Assembly: GCA_001773725.1 (NCBI GenBank)
Contig: MEXP01000027.1
Coordinates: forward strand, 1 to 55,247
Source of the DNA: Candidatus Amesbacteria bacterium RIFCSPLOWO2_01_FULL_49_25
Lineage (GTDB): Bacteria; Patescibacteriota; Microgenomatia; CAZETR01; Amesbacteraceae
DNA length: 55,247 bases
Reading direction: 5' to 3'
In this document: positions 42,929-51,417 of the stretch, in pieces
How the letters are laid out: each line of letters begins with the position of its first letter
Position numbering within the stretch: the first letter of the stretch is position 1
The notes under the pieces: model-generated
What the model saw: only the letters and a program-made list of their open reading frames with translations
Told to the model about the DNA's origin: nothing
Databases searched by the model: none
Translations under genes and position numbers: made by a program

Positions 42929-44138
42929 TATCAGTTGGGCGGTAGCTGTCGGGTAAATAGAGAACTTTTTCAGAGTAGTACTTGTGTTCCGTTTCGGGAA
43001 TGACGGTTTTATCGGCAATAATGTAGTCCAAAAAACCGGCGCCCGTTGTGCCGGGGAAACCCAGATAAGAGATCTGAATGGGGGCAGGGCGGCGGGCAAA
43101 GATACCAATTCTGTTGCCCAGCAAATAGCCTTTCAAATCGACCAGTATTTCAATTTTATCCCGGATTATTATTTGGGCGGCCTGGTGGTCATCCAGGGAC
43201 GTAAGATCGGTTTGTCGGGGGACAGCTTTGTTTATCCGCCGGGCCCAGATACTGTTGTCGCTTGGCCCCAGGTGATAAAGAAAAACTTTGAACTTACTTT
43301 TGTCTAGATTCTCCAGTACACCTACCAAATTATGGGCGGTGGGAAAATCGCGGAATCCATCCGAGACAAATCCGATAGATATTTTTTTCGATGGTGTTAG
43401 CCGATGCCCAGCTTTTTGGGGCGGCTTAAATTTTTCGCTCCACCATTTGGCAATGCGGAAGTTTTCCCGGGGGTCAGCATGCCTGATAATGGACATCATT
43501 GGCTCTTCGAAAACTTGTGTTTTTTGGAGCGAATCCAGCTGCTTTTCTATTTGAGGAAGATCTTCCCATTGGCAAGCGTGCTTTAATTGATAGGCATAGT
43601 GGGCCAGAGTTGGCCCAAATAGGGGATTGACCTGCAAAGCCTGGCGAAACAATTTAAACGCGGCGGGGAAATGACCTGATTGGGCATACCAGATGGCCAA
43701 GTTATTCAGAGCCTCCAGGTGGCGGGGATTTGATTGTAAAGTTTTTTCGTAATAGTAGCGGGCATTATCTAATTTGTGACTGTGGCAATAAACTCCCATG
43801 TAGAAGTTGGCTTCTTCATCCTGGGGATTTAATTTGAGAGCCAGATTCAGGTGATGGAGGGCTGATTTTGGCTTACCAAGTTTGAGAAGTATAGTTCCCA
43901 GGTTTGATTGGGTGATAGGGTTACTTGGATTTAATCGGGCTGATTTTTTGAAAAGTGCCAACGCTTTGTCTTCCCGGCGGGTGGCGTTGTAAACAGCGGC
44001 CAGATTGTTAATTACGTCTGCGCTGTGGGGATGTGTTTTTAGGATTTGTTTATAAGCGGCTTCTGCTACAAAGTAGTCTTGGTTTGTAAAAGCCTGACTG
44101 GCGATTATTAGCTGTTCGTTTACATCCGCCATTTTCAT
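42909..44138 (-). CDS. GT41 paralog 11, TPR + N-terminal catalytic lobe (stops at the inter-lobe linker)
   Basis: TPRs, CQW, SDGFRDFPT, RPAPIQISYLGFPGTTG, ends YRPTDNGFFLS*. Confidence 0.85.
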   Translation of the reverse strand: MKMADVNEQLIIASQAFTNQDYFVAEAAYKQILKTHPHSADVINNLAAVYNATRREDKALALFKKSARLNPSNPITQSNLGTILLKLGKPKSALHHLNLALKLNPQDEEANFYMGVYCHSHKLDNARYYYEKTLQSNPRHLEALNNLAIWYAQSGHFPAAFKLFRQALQVNPLFGPTLAHYAYQLKHACQWEDLPQIEKQLDSLQKTQVFEEPMMSIIRHADPRENFRIAKWWSEKFKPPQKAGHRLTPSKKISIGFVSDGFRDFPTAHNLVGVLENLDKSKFKVFLYHLGPSDNSIWARRINKAVPRQTDLTSLDDHQAAQIIIRDKIEILVDLKGYLLGNRIGIFARRPAPIQISYLGFPGTTGAGFLDYIIADKTVIPETEHKYYSEKVLYLPDSYRPTDNGFFLS

Positions 44139-44144
44139 TGACCG

Positions 44145-44153
44145 ATTTTATCA
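44145..44153 (-). promoter_or_regulatory. extended -10 at the head of the GT41 array (leaderless)
   Basis: TGA-TAAAAT lies 6 nt upstream of ATG 44138. Confidence 0.55.
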
Positions 44154-44268
44154 GAATGTTATACCCATCATAAGGAAATTTACATGCGCAGACACGCATT
44201 TCGATGGGTATATATCCGTCATACTTTTGCAAATTCGAGTATGACGGTTATAGAATGGCTTTTGGAAT

Positions 44269-45252
44269 ATGGCAAGCCCTCTGAAAGTAATTGTATTCGG
44301 GCCGTGGGTGGGGGAGTTCAGCTACGAAATATCCTGGTGGACTTCTGAAATCAGAAAAGTCAGAAAAACCAATTTTTCCGACTACTGGGCGGTCCATGTG
44401 GGGTATAAAGGGAGGGAGGTTCTTTATAAAGATTTTATTGATGAATATATAGCTTTTCCGGATACTCTTAAGAAACAACTTACATACCCCAGCATGCATG
44501 GGATGTTTGTTGGCGGTCAGCACATCATCCCTGTGGAATGTATTGCTTTCTTCAAGGATGTAATTAACCAAAAAGCGGCCTTGTTTTCCGAAGTGAAATA
44601 TTATTTACCCGGACCATCGCTGGTTGAAAAACGGTTTCAGCCGCGTCCCGATGGTGAATGGGCGTATCTGGAAGCGGGTCCTAAGGCGCATAGGGCCGTG
44701 CGGGAAAAATTGTCCCAGTTTAAAGATCGATCTCGGGAGGTGGTGGCGGTGAGTGCCAATTTTCGCTTTCGGGATGGAAAACTTGAGTCTAAAAGTTGGA
44801 ATCCTGACTCCTGGCAGAAGTTTATTATCAGATTGATTGATGATTTGAATCTGAATGTAGTTTTGATGGGGCCCAGAACAATAGGGAATTATCCGGGAAC
44901 ACTGCATTTGAAAGAGAGTAATTTGTTGAGGGGGTACGAGGGCAGAATTTTGGATTTTGTATTGGAAGAGGAGGGGACGGTGGAGGACCAAGTTGCTCTT
45001 CTAAAAAATACTAAATGCAGTATTTGGGGATCCACAGGTGCGGTGACTTTAACTTATTTTACGCAGACGCCGATGTTTGCCCATCAGGCTAAGGAGTATG
45101 GCTGGAGACACCAACTAGAGTGGCATAAAATGTTGACCCACGGACATCAATACGTAAAAATTTTTGACAAATATCCTGCTGCGCAGATGTTTGACTCGCC
45201 GGTTGATGAGGTATTTGAGGAATTCAAAAGCTTTTATGCTACACTCCCTTAA
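44269..45252 (+). CDS. GT9-like (GT-B fold) glycosyltransferase
   Basis: FGPWVGEFSYE N-terminal motif; KSWNPDSWQKFI...VVLMG...DQVALLKNTKCSIWGSTG resembles the GT9 C-lobe. Confidence 0.55.
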   Translation: MASPLKVIVFGPWVGEFSYEISWWTSEIRKVRKTNFSDYWAVHVGYKGREVLYKDFIDEYIAFPDTLKKQLTYPSMHGMFVGGQHIIPVECIAFFKDVINQKAALFSEVKYYLPGPSLVEKRFQPRPDGEWAYLEAGPKAHRAVREKLSQFKDRSREVVAVSANFRFRDGKLESKSWNPDSWQKFIIRLIDDLNLNVVLMGPRTIGNYPGTLHLKESNLLRGYEGRILDFVLEEEGTVEDQVALLKNTKCSIWGSTGAVTLTYFTQTPMFAHQAKEYGWRHQLEWHKMLTHGHQYVKIFDKYPAAQMFDSPVDEVFEEFKSFYATLP

Positions 45253-46827
45253 GTGACAAACAAAAATTGGCCAAAGATCTACGTTTCGACTTACGACGCG
45301 TCGGTGTTTATCGTCCCCACTTTTGCATACCTTTTTAATAAATATTGGGGTGAAGACCAGGAAATTATATTGTTGTGCTATTCCAAACCCAAAGTAAAGT
45401 TGCCTAAGAATTTTCAGATTGTATCGATGGGTAAAGACCCCGGAGCTGATAATTGGACTGGGCCGCAGTATAAGATTTTGAAGAAGTTGGTGAAAGACGA
45501 TTACTTGATCTATATGCTGGATGACGAATTGCCGATCGATTTTTTGAAGCCTAATATTTTTGATGACCTGTTTGGAAAAATGAAGGCCGATCCGACTGTA
45601 GGCAGGGTGGGGATGGGGTTTGGGCCGTCTTTGAACACTGGAAATTTCAAATTAATTGAACGTAAACAAAACTACGATATTTTCGAGCTGAATCAAGACG
45701 CGCCTTATCGGATTACCAGTCAATGCTCGCTTTGGCGAAGTGATTATTTTTTTAAGCATATGGTTGAGCCAAAAGATGCTTGGACGTTTGAATTGCGAGG
45801 GTCGGAAGCGGCAAAAAATGACGGCCGAAGAGTCCTGGGTACGGCTAGACAACACCCTTTCCGGTGGATTGAACATGGAGCCATATCGAGGAGAAATAAC
45901 GGAAAGATAAATTTGTTGGGATTGAGACTTGACGATGTTAAAGAAATTGTTGTTAAAAAGTTACTTGATAAAGATTTGATCCAGTTCGGTCAGGATAGGG
46001 GGCCGCTGTATTCTAAGGCGGGTCTCAATTTTAAGTTTGACGATGTAAGAGAATTCAAAAATGCTCGGCAGTTTCACGATTTGAAGAGCGAGTATGGGGA
46101 TTTGTATGGAGAAAGACAATCGCCGCCAATGCTGCCGCCCACTGAGTTAATTGATTCTTTCTCGTTGGGGAGAAGGGCGGCAATAGTTGTAAATTATTTT
46201 GACAGTTGTTATAAAGACCCTATTTTTTATGAAAAAGGTGAGATAGAGCAAAACGTTAAGAAAGTGAAAAAAAGAGAGTTGGGGCGATATGGAGAGACGG
46301 ATAAGTGGCTCTATCAAGCTTTGGACAAATATCCCATCGATGGAAAAACCGTGGCCAACATGGGCTCAACAAGCGGCTTTTATGAAGCAGTTTGTCTGGC
46401 ATATGGGAGTAAACCCATTACCATTGAGTACAATGTCCGCGGGTCGAATCATCCTAAATTAAAATTTTTAACGCCCCAAGAATATGATAAAAACCCTATT
46501 ATTTTTGATGCCGCGATGTCCATTTCCTCTTTTGAGCACGATGGCTTGGGCCGATATGGAGACGCCATTGATCCTTTTGCCGATTTCAAGGCCATGGATA
46601 AGATGAGGAAAATGATCAAAAAGGGAGGGTGGTTGTTTTTGGCTGTGCCTATTGGAGTGGACAAAGTAATCTGGAATGCACATCGGGTCTATGGAGGGGC
46701 GAGGCTGCCGCTACTTTTGGCCGGGTGGCGGGTCTTGGACACGGTGGGATTTGATAGGTCGCTTCTGACTGTGGATTTGCCGGGTTTGGATGTGATTCAG
46801 CCTGTCTTTGTCCTGGAGAATACCTGA
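45253..46827 (+). CDS. fusion: putative GT-A-like N-domain + DUF268 (methyltransferase-like) C-domain
   Basis: N-domain YLIYMLDD, SQCSLWR, WTFELRG; C-domain DAAMSISSFEHDGLGRYGDAIDP...VIWNAHRVYG (DUF268 signature). GTG start. Confidence 0.65.
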   Translation: MTNKNWPKIYVSTYDASVFIVPTFAYLFNKYWGEDQEIILLCYSKPKVKLPKNFQIVSMGKDPGADNWTGPQYKILKKLVKDDYLIYMLDDELPIDFLKPNIFDDLFGKMKADPTVGRVGMGFGPSLNTGNFKLIERKQNYDIFELNQDAPYRITSQCSLWRSDYFFKHMVEPKDAWTFELRGSEAAKNDGRRVLGTARQHPFRWIEHGAISRRNNGKINLLGLRLDDVKEIVVKKLLDKDLIQFGQDRGPLYSKAGLNFKFDDVREFKNARQFHDLKSEYGDLYGERQSPPMLPPTELIDSFSLGRRAAIVVNYFDSCYKDPIFYEKGEIEQNVKKVKKRELGRYGETDKWLYQALDKYPIDGKTVANMGSTSGFYEAVCLAYGSKPITIEYNVRGSNHPKLKFLTPQEYDKNPIIFDAAMSISSFEHDGLGRYGDAIDPFADFKAMDKMRKMIKKGGWLFLAVPIGVDKVIWNAHRVYGGARLPLLLAGWRVLDTVGFDRSLLTVDLPGLDVIQPVFVLENT

Positions 46828-48381
46828 ATGCCTTTACAGCAGTACCATATACCTGGGTCGGTTAATGTCAATCCGCACGAGTGCTTTAACGATCCCAAGA
46901 CGTATCCCAATTTTCAACGAGAATTGGAAAAGTTTAAGGAGCTGCTGGTTGACTTGGTAGACAGACGGGCGAATAAAACATTTTATAAGTTCGGGGACGG
47001 GGACTATTATTTCTTGACAAAGAACCCGGTGGGCAGTGCCACGCCGGGGAGCGGCGCCCTCTTTAAGAAAGGTTATGATGACATTGACCATGAAGAGTTT
47101 GTAAAAAATACGATTAAGAACGACTTCGTTCTGTGCGAGATCTACCCTGAAAACAGAAGAATGTGGGCTGAGTTGTATCCGAAGAGAAAAATTGATTTTC
47201 CGGCCGAGTTTGCATACGGATTGTTTTACAATCGCTGGCTGTTTAAAACTTTTAAGGGAAGAATAGGGCTGATCGGAGCCAAAGAAAAACTTGAACTAAT
47301 CCAGGAACTTTTCAAGTTTAAACAGTACCGAGACTATATTCAAATGGACGGATTTGTGGATTATATTTACTTTCCGCAAAAAGGCTCGGCAGATGACTAC
47401 AATGCGACTTTGAAATATGTGGCAAAACAATTAAAGACAGCTAAAGCTGATATCTACTTGATGGGACTAGGTCATGCAAAAAGCGCAATTCTGCACCGGT
47501 TTAAAGATTACAAGAAGGCGGTGTACTTGGATGTAGGGAGCGGGATTGATGGCCTGGCGGGGATGATTCGGCAGGTAAAGCCGTATGCCGGGGACTGGAT
47601 AAATTTCAGAATAGAAGGATACGACTACTCCCAAACCCATCAAGATTATGTTTATTATACCGGCTCAGGGCAGCACGTGTTTTTAAGGAGAGGTAAAAAG
47701 GACGATTTACTGGACGCGGCTTTGAACAAAGCTCGGGGAGGAATGCTCAAGCATCCGCAGTATTTTGACGTTTATCATCATCATTTCCAGTCTCTGCGGG
47801 ACAAAAAAATTAAACTTTTGGAAATCGGGGTGAGAAAAGGGGGGTCATTGTGGATGTGGAAAAAGTATTTCCCGCTGGGCAAAATAACGGGTATTGATAA
47901 CCAGCCTCAAGCCAAACAGTGGGAAGGGCCGAATATTGAAATTTTTATCGGTGACCAGGCGGACGCGGCTTTCTTGAGACGAGTTAGTCAAGAGGCCGGA
48001 CCATTTGACATTGTTATTGACGATGGGGGCCACATGATGCATCAGGTGCGAATTTCTTTTTTGACCTTGTTTCCTTTGCTGAAGGAGACGGGCATATACG
48101 TGATTGAGGACACTCACACTTCGTACTGGCCAAATTGGGGGGGGAAACTGTACGGTGCGGAAACGACGGTGGAAATGCTCAAATCGCTGGTAGACCGGCT
48201 GCAGTGGTGGGCCTATCGCTGGCCGCATGCCGGAGAGTTTAAAATAAATAAGCCGTTAGATTATTTGGAAGCCAATCTGAAATCACTTCATTTTTATGAC
48301 GGGATGTGTTTGATTTACAAAGGCCGGGTGTCCGACCCCAAGGTTTGGGAGGACGGGGTGGTGAGAGATTATGATATTTGA
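46828..48381 (+). CDS. fusion: GT-D (DUF1792)-like N-domain + class I SAM (sugar O-)methyltransferase
   Basis: FYKFGDGD (compare RFGDGE) and YLDVGSGID in the N-domain; LLEIGVRKGGSL, IDDGGH, YVIEDTHT in the C-domain. Confidence 0.65.
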   Translation: MPLQQYHIPGSVNVNPHECFNDPKTYPNFQRELEKFKELLVDLVDRRANKTFYKFGDGDYYFLTKNPVGSATPGSGALFKKGYDDIDHEEFVKNTIKNDFVLCEIYPENRRMWAELYPKRKIDFPAEFAYGLFYNRWLFKTFKGRIGLIGAKEKLELIQELFKFKQYRDYIQMDGFVDYIYFPQKGSADDYNATLKYVAKQLKTAKADIYLMGLGHAKSAILHRFKDYKKAVYLDVGSGIDGLAGMIRQVKPYAGDWINFRIEGYDYSQTHQDYVYYTGSGQHVFLRRGKKDDLLDAALNKARGGMLKHPQYFDVYHHHFQSLRDKKIKLLEIGVRKGGSLWMWKKYFPLGKITGIDNQPQAKQWEGPNIEIFIGDQADAAFLRRVSQEAGPFDIVIDDGGHMMHQVRISFLTLFPLLKETGIYVIEDTHTSYWPNWGGKLYGAETTVEMLKSLVDRLQWWAYRWPHAGEFKINKPLDYLEANLKSLHFYDGMCLIYKGRVSDPKVWEDGVVRDYDI

Positions 48382-49118
48382 ATTAGTTTCATATAGTTTA
48401 CATTGGGCTTAATTTTGATTTTTTCTTTTGAATAGGCGATATACTCTCCACGGCTGGCGATGGATTTTCTGACGTCATCGGGAATTCGCAGTAAGCCGAA
48501 GCCGTAGTAGGCAAAGAGATTTTGCCAAAAAGTCAGCGGCTGTTCGTTGGGGTGGTGGTAATGGGCATTATCGCTTCCGGGTTGTTGAAAAGAAAACCAG
48601 ATTAAATTTGAATGGGTTACCAAATTGAGTATCAACTGGCTGGAAAACGGCGGTTCGATGTGCTCGGCTACCTCGGTGCATAACACTATATCGAACTTCT
48701 TATTCAACTTGAGGGGGTCTCTGAGGTCGTGATGAATGATTTTTTTCTTCGGTATGCCCCGTTTAATGCACAGTTCAATTCCTGCCTGGGCTCCCTCGAT
48801 GCCTGTAATATCGATACCTTTATCCAAGAAGCCTTTGGTGAACCATCCGGCCGCACTGCCGGCTTCCAGAACCTTAGTAAGATTCTTTCCTGTGATAATT
48901 TTGTAATACTTTTTGATGGCATTGACATAATTTCTAATTTCATTTGCATTTACATGATCTTCTTTAAAATATGCTTGAGGATAAAAATTGTCTAAGTTGA
49001 AAATATTGTAAGCCCCGGGAATATTTTGGTTAAACCACCACTTTTGGTTATTTCCAAGATACCCTTGTTCGATATCGGTTGTAAAACACGTACATTTAGT
49101 TAGTTTCTTTTTCATCAT
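48369..49118 (-). CDS. class I SAM-dependent methyltransferase
   Basis: VLEAGSAAGWF, GIEGA, FDIVLCTEVAEHI. Confidence 0.85.
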   Translation of the reverse strand: MMKKKLTKCTCFTTDIEQGYLGNNQKWWFNQNIPGAYNIFNLDNFYPQAYFKEDHVNANEIRNYVNAIKKYYKIITGKNLTKVLEAGSAAGWFTKGFLDKGIDITGIEGAQAGIELCIKRGIPKKKIIHHDLRDPLKLNKKFDIVLCTEVAEHIEPPFSSQLILNLVTHSNLIWFSFQQPGSDNAHYHHPNEQPLTFWQNLFAYYGFGLLRIPDDVRKSIASRGEYIAYSKEKIKIKPNVNYMKLIQIS

Positions 49119-49123
49119 TTAAT

Positions 49124-51391
49124 TTACGTTAAATTCTTCACTTTATTATATGAATTTTGTGCCTCTAAATTATCAGGAATGAATTTTAAAATGTTTTTGT
49201 AATTTGAGAGAGCCTCTGCGTAGTTTTTTAACTTAGTGTTGATTTTTCCTAAGTATAAATGGGCGTCTAATAAGTCTTTATTCAGAAGTAGGGTGCTTTT
49301 TAAATACTTTTTTGCCGACTCGAGATTTCCGGACTGATATTTAATTACCCCGAGCCAAAAATGGGCTAGTTCGTGTTTGGGATCAAGCTGCAAAACTTTT
49401 TGAAAGTTTGTTTCGGCTGCGGCGTAATCCTTTGCGATCAGGTGAGTTAAGCCGAGGTTGAGAAAATCGGAAGTGTTTTTGGGAGAATAGACAAACTTGC
49501 CCGTATCAGTGACGGTAATGTTTTTGGGCTTTTGACTTTGGAGGTAGCTTTTCCAGATAGTTAAATATGCCTCTTCGAGGTTTTTTACGAAGCGGGGGGT
49601 GTCAAATAAAGGATACGATTTACGGTTTCTGATGAGCACGCTGCGAATTTGCTGGAGCTTGTCCGGGTGAGTGGCCAGATCGACAGCCAGAGCCTCGTAC
49701 TGGGAGAGATCACGGGTAATTAGCTGGGGCAGGCCGATGGCGGTCAAGATGCTGGCAGATACTCGGGAAGCAAAGTGATTACCCAGCAGACAAACTACCG
49801 GTACCCCCGCCCACAGGCAGTCAGACGTGGTGGTATGGCCGTTGACGATGTGGGTATCCAGGCACAGGTCGGCTAATTTGATTCTGGTTAAATGATTTTC
49901 TTTGGTGACCTTGGGGGAAAAAATAATTCGCCGGGGGTCCACGCCGTGAGATTTGGTGTATTTTTTCAAGTTTTGGGTGGAGATAGGGTTGTCTGCTAAC
50001 TGCCAGAGGACGGAGTGGGGGATTCGGGTTAAGATATTCATCCAAGTTTTAAATACAGGCGGCTCGAGTTTGTATGGAGAGTTGAAGGAGCCGAAGATAA
50101 AAGCTTGATCCGGGAGCTGGAAATCCCGGCGGTCGAGTTTTTTTTGACCTGTGTATTGGGTGAAGTCATTTATCTGGTAGGTGTGGGGCATGATGACCAG
50201 CTTTTCTTGGAAATCGGCGGAATTGGGAGCCACGATGTTATCGACGACAATGTAATCGAAAAAGTCGGCGCCGGTGGTACCGGGAAAGCCCAAATAAGAG
50301 ACTTGAATCGGGGCTGGGCGCATGGCGGCGGCTTTGATCATGTTGCCGCGGGTGATGCCTTTGAGATCTATTAAGATATCTACGCCGCGTTTGTTGATTT
50401 CGGATGCAACTTGAGAATATGATTTGCCCTGCAAATCTATAAATTGATCGCTTTCTTTTTTGATGCGAGCCAAAATCAAACTGCCATCTTGGGGTCCATA
50501 AGAAAATACAAGGACTTTAAACCGGCTGCGGTCATGCAGACCAAACAGGCTGGCTACTTTGTGACCAGTGGGGAAGTCGCGGAAGCCGTCTGAAAGATAG
50601 CCTAAAGTGATTCGGTTTACAGAATTGTGTTTGAAGGTAAAGCTGGTTTTTTTCACCTCTATTTGTGAACTCCAAGCCTTGGCTACCTGGAGATTTGTAG
50701 CCATATCTGCTTTGCGGATGAGATTGTTGAAGGGATCTTCCCCGACCAAATTTGAGTCGATTTTGCGACTGAGCCTGTCCAGACCGGTCCAGTCGCATGT
50801 CTGGCGTTTTAGATGGTAGTACCAAGAAAGAATCGAGGTAATCCGCTGATGTTTGGGAAATTTGCGCAGAGCGTTTTCAAGGAGCTGCATCGACTCGGGA
50901 ATTTGCTGCCGGTCGAACAAGGCGATACTTAGGTCGTAATAAGGCCCGGGTTCTTGGGGATTGGTTTTTATGGCCTTTTTAAAGTAAATTTGGGCCTTTT
51001 TATAATTTCCCTGTCGGTAATATACGGCTCCCAAGTGGTGGTAAATGTTGGCCGCGTCGGCAGGCGCCGCGTCTGTTTTTAGGGCCCGGTGATAGTATTT
51101 GACTGCTTGAGTAAAGTTTTCCTGGCTTTGGTAAGCAAATCCCAGTGAGTGCAGGGCGGTAAAAAATTGGGGATCGAGCTGGAGAGCTTTTTGGAAGCAC
51201 CAGATGGCATCTTCGGGTCGGTCCAGCCGGGCCAGGGTGTTGCCCAGATTGAGATAGGCGGCCGGATTTTGGGAGTTGAGAAGAAGTGACTTGCGGAAAA
51301 ATATTAAGGCATCTTCGAGTTTGCCCTGCTGGGTCAACCATGCCCCCAAATCATTGAAATCTTGGTCACTTTTAGGAATTGCGTCTGACAT
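49124..51391 (-). CDS. TPR + GT41 + C-terminal TPR glycosyltransferase, paralog 12
   Basis: Start MSDAIPK at 51391; SDGFRDFPT, FNSPYKL, NGHTTTSD; additional TPRs follow the GT domain. Confidence 0.92.
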   Translation of the reverse strand: MSDAIPKSDQDFNDLGAWLTQQGKLEDALIFFRKSLLLNSQNPAAYLNLGNTLARLDRPEDAIWCFQKALQLDPQFFTALHSLGFAYQSQENFTQAVKYYHRALKTDAAPADAANIYHHLGAVYYRQGNYKKAQIYFKKAIKTNPQEPGPYYDLSIALFDRQQIPESMQLLENALRKFPKHQRITSILSWYYHLKRQTCDWTGLDRLSRKIDSNLVGEDPFNNLIRKADMATNLQVAKAWSSQIEVKKTSFTFKHNSVNRITLGYLSDGFRDFPTGHKVASLFGLHDRSRFKVLVFSYGPQDGSLILARIKKESDQFIDLQGKSYSQVASEINKRGVDILIDLKGITRGNMIKAAAMRPAPIQVSYLGFPGTTGADFFDYIVVDNIVAPNSADFQEKLVIMPHTYQINDFTQYTGQKKLDRRDFQLPDQAFIFGSFNSPYKLEPPVFKTWMNILTRIPHSVLWQLADNPISTQNLKKYTKSHGVDPRRIIFSPKVTKENHLTRIKLADLCLDTHIVNGHTTTSDCLWAGVPVVCLLGNHFASRVSASILTAIGLPQLITRDLSQYEALAVDLATHPDKLQQIRSVLIRNRKSYPLFDTPRFVKNLEEAYLTIWKSYLQSQKPKNITVTDTGKFVYSPKNTSDFLNLGLTHLIAKDYAAAETNFQKVLQLDPKHELAHFWLGVIKYQSGNLESAKKYLKSTLLLNKDLLDAHLYLGKINTKLKNYAEALSNYKNILKFIPDNLEAQNSYNKVKNLT

Positions 51392-51417
51392 TCTTAGTGC
51401 TATATTATAGGTGCTCA

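Noticed and set aside
42914-42930. Programmed -1 frameshift at the T TTT TTC heptamer in GT41 paralog 11
   Set aside because: The downstream C-lobe is in the +1 frame; a -1 slip gives no GT41 sequence.
42929-43108. First 60 codons of the 246-aa ORF
   Set aside because: They are an out-of-frame overlap with the N-lobe gene; GT41 similarity starts only at about 42928.
24526-44138. CRISPR array or DNA tandem repeat explaining the periodicity
   Set aside because: The periodicity is 1.6-2.1-kb protein-coding paralogy; no short constant repeat-spacer pattern was seen anywhere in the window.
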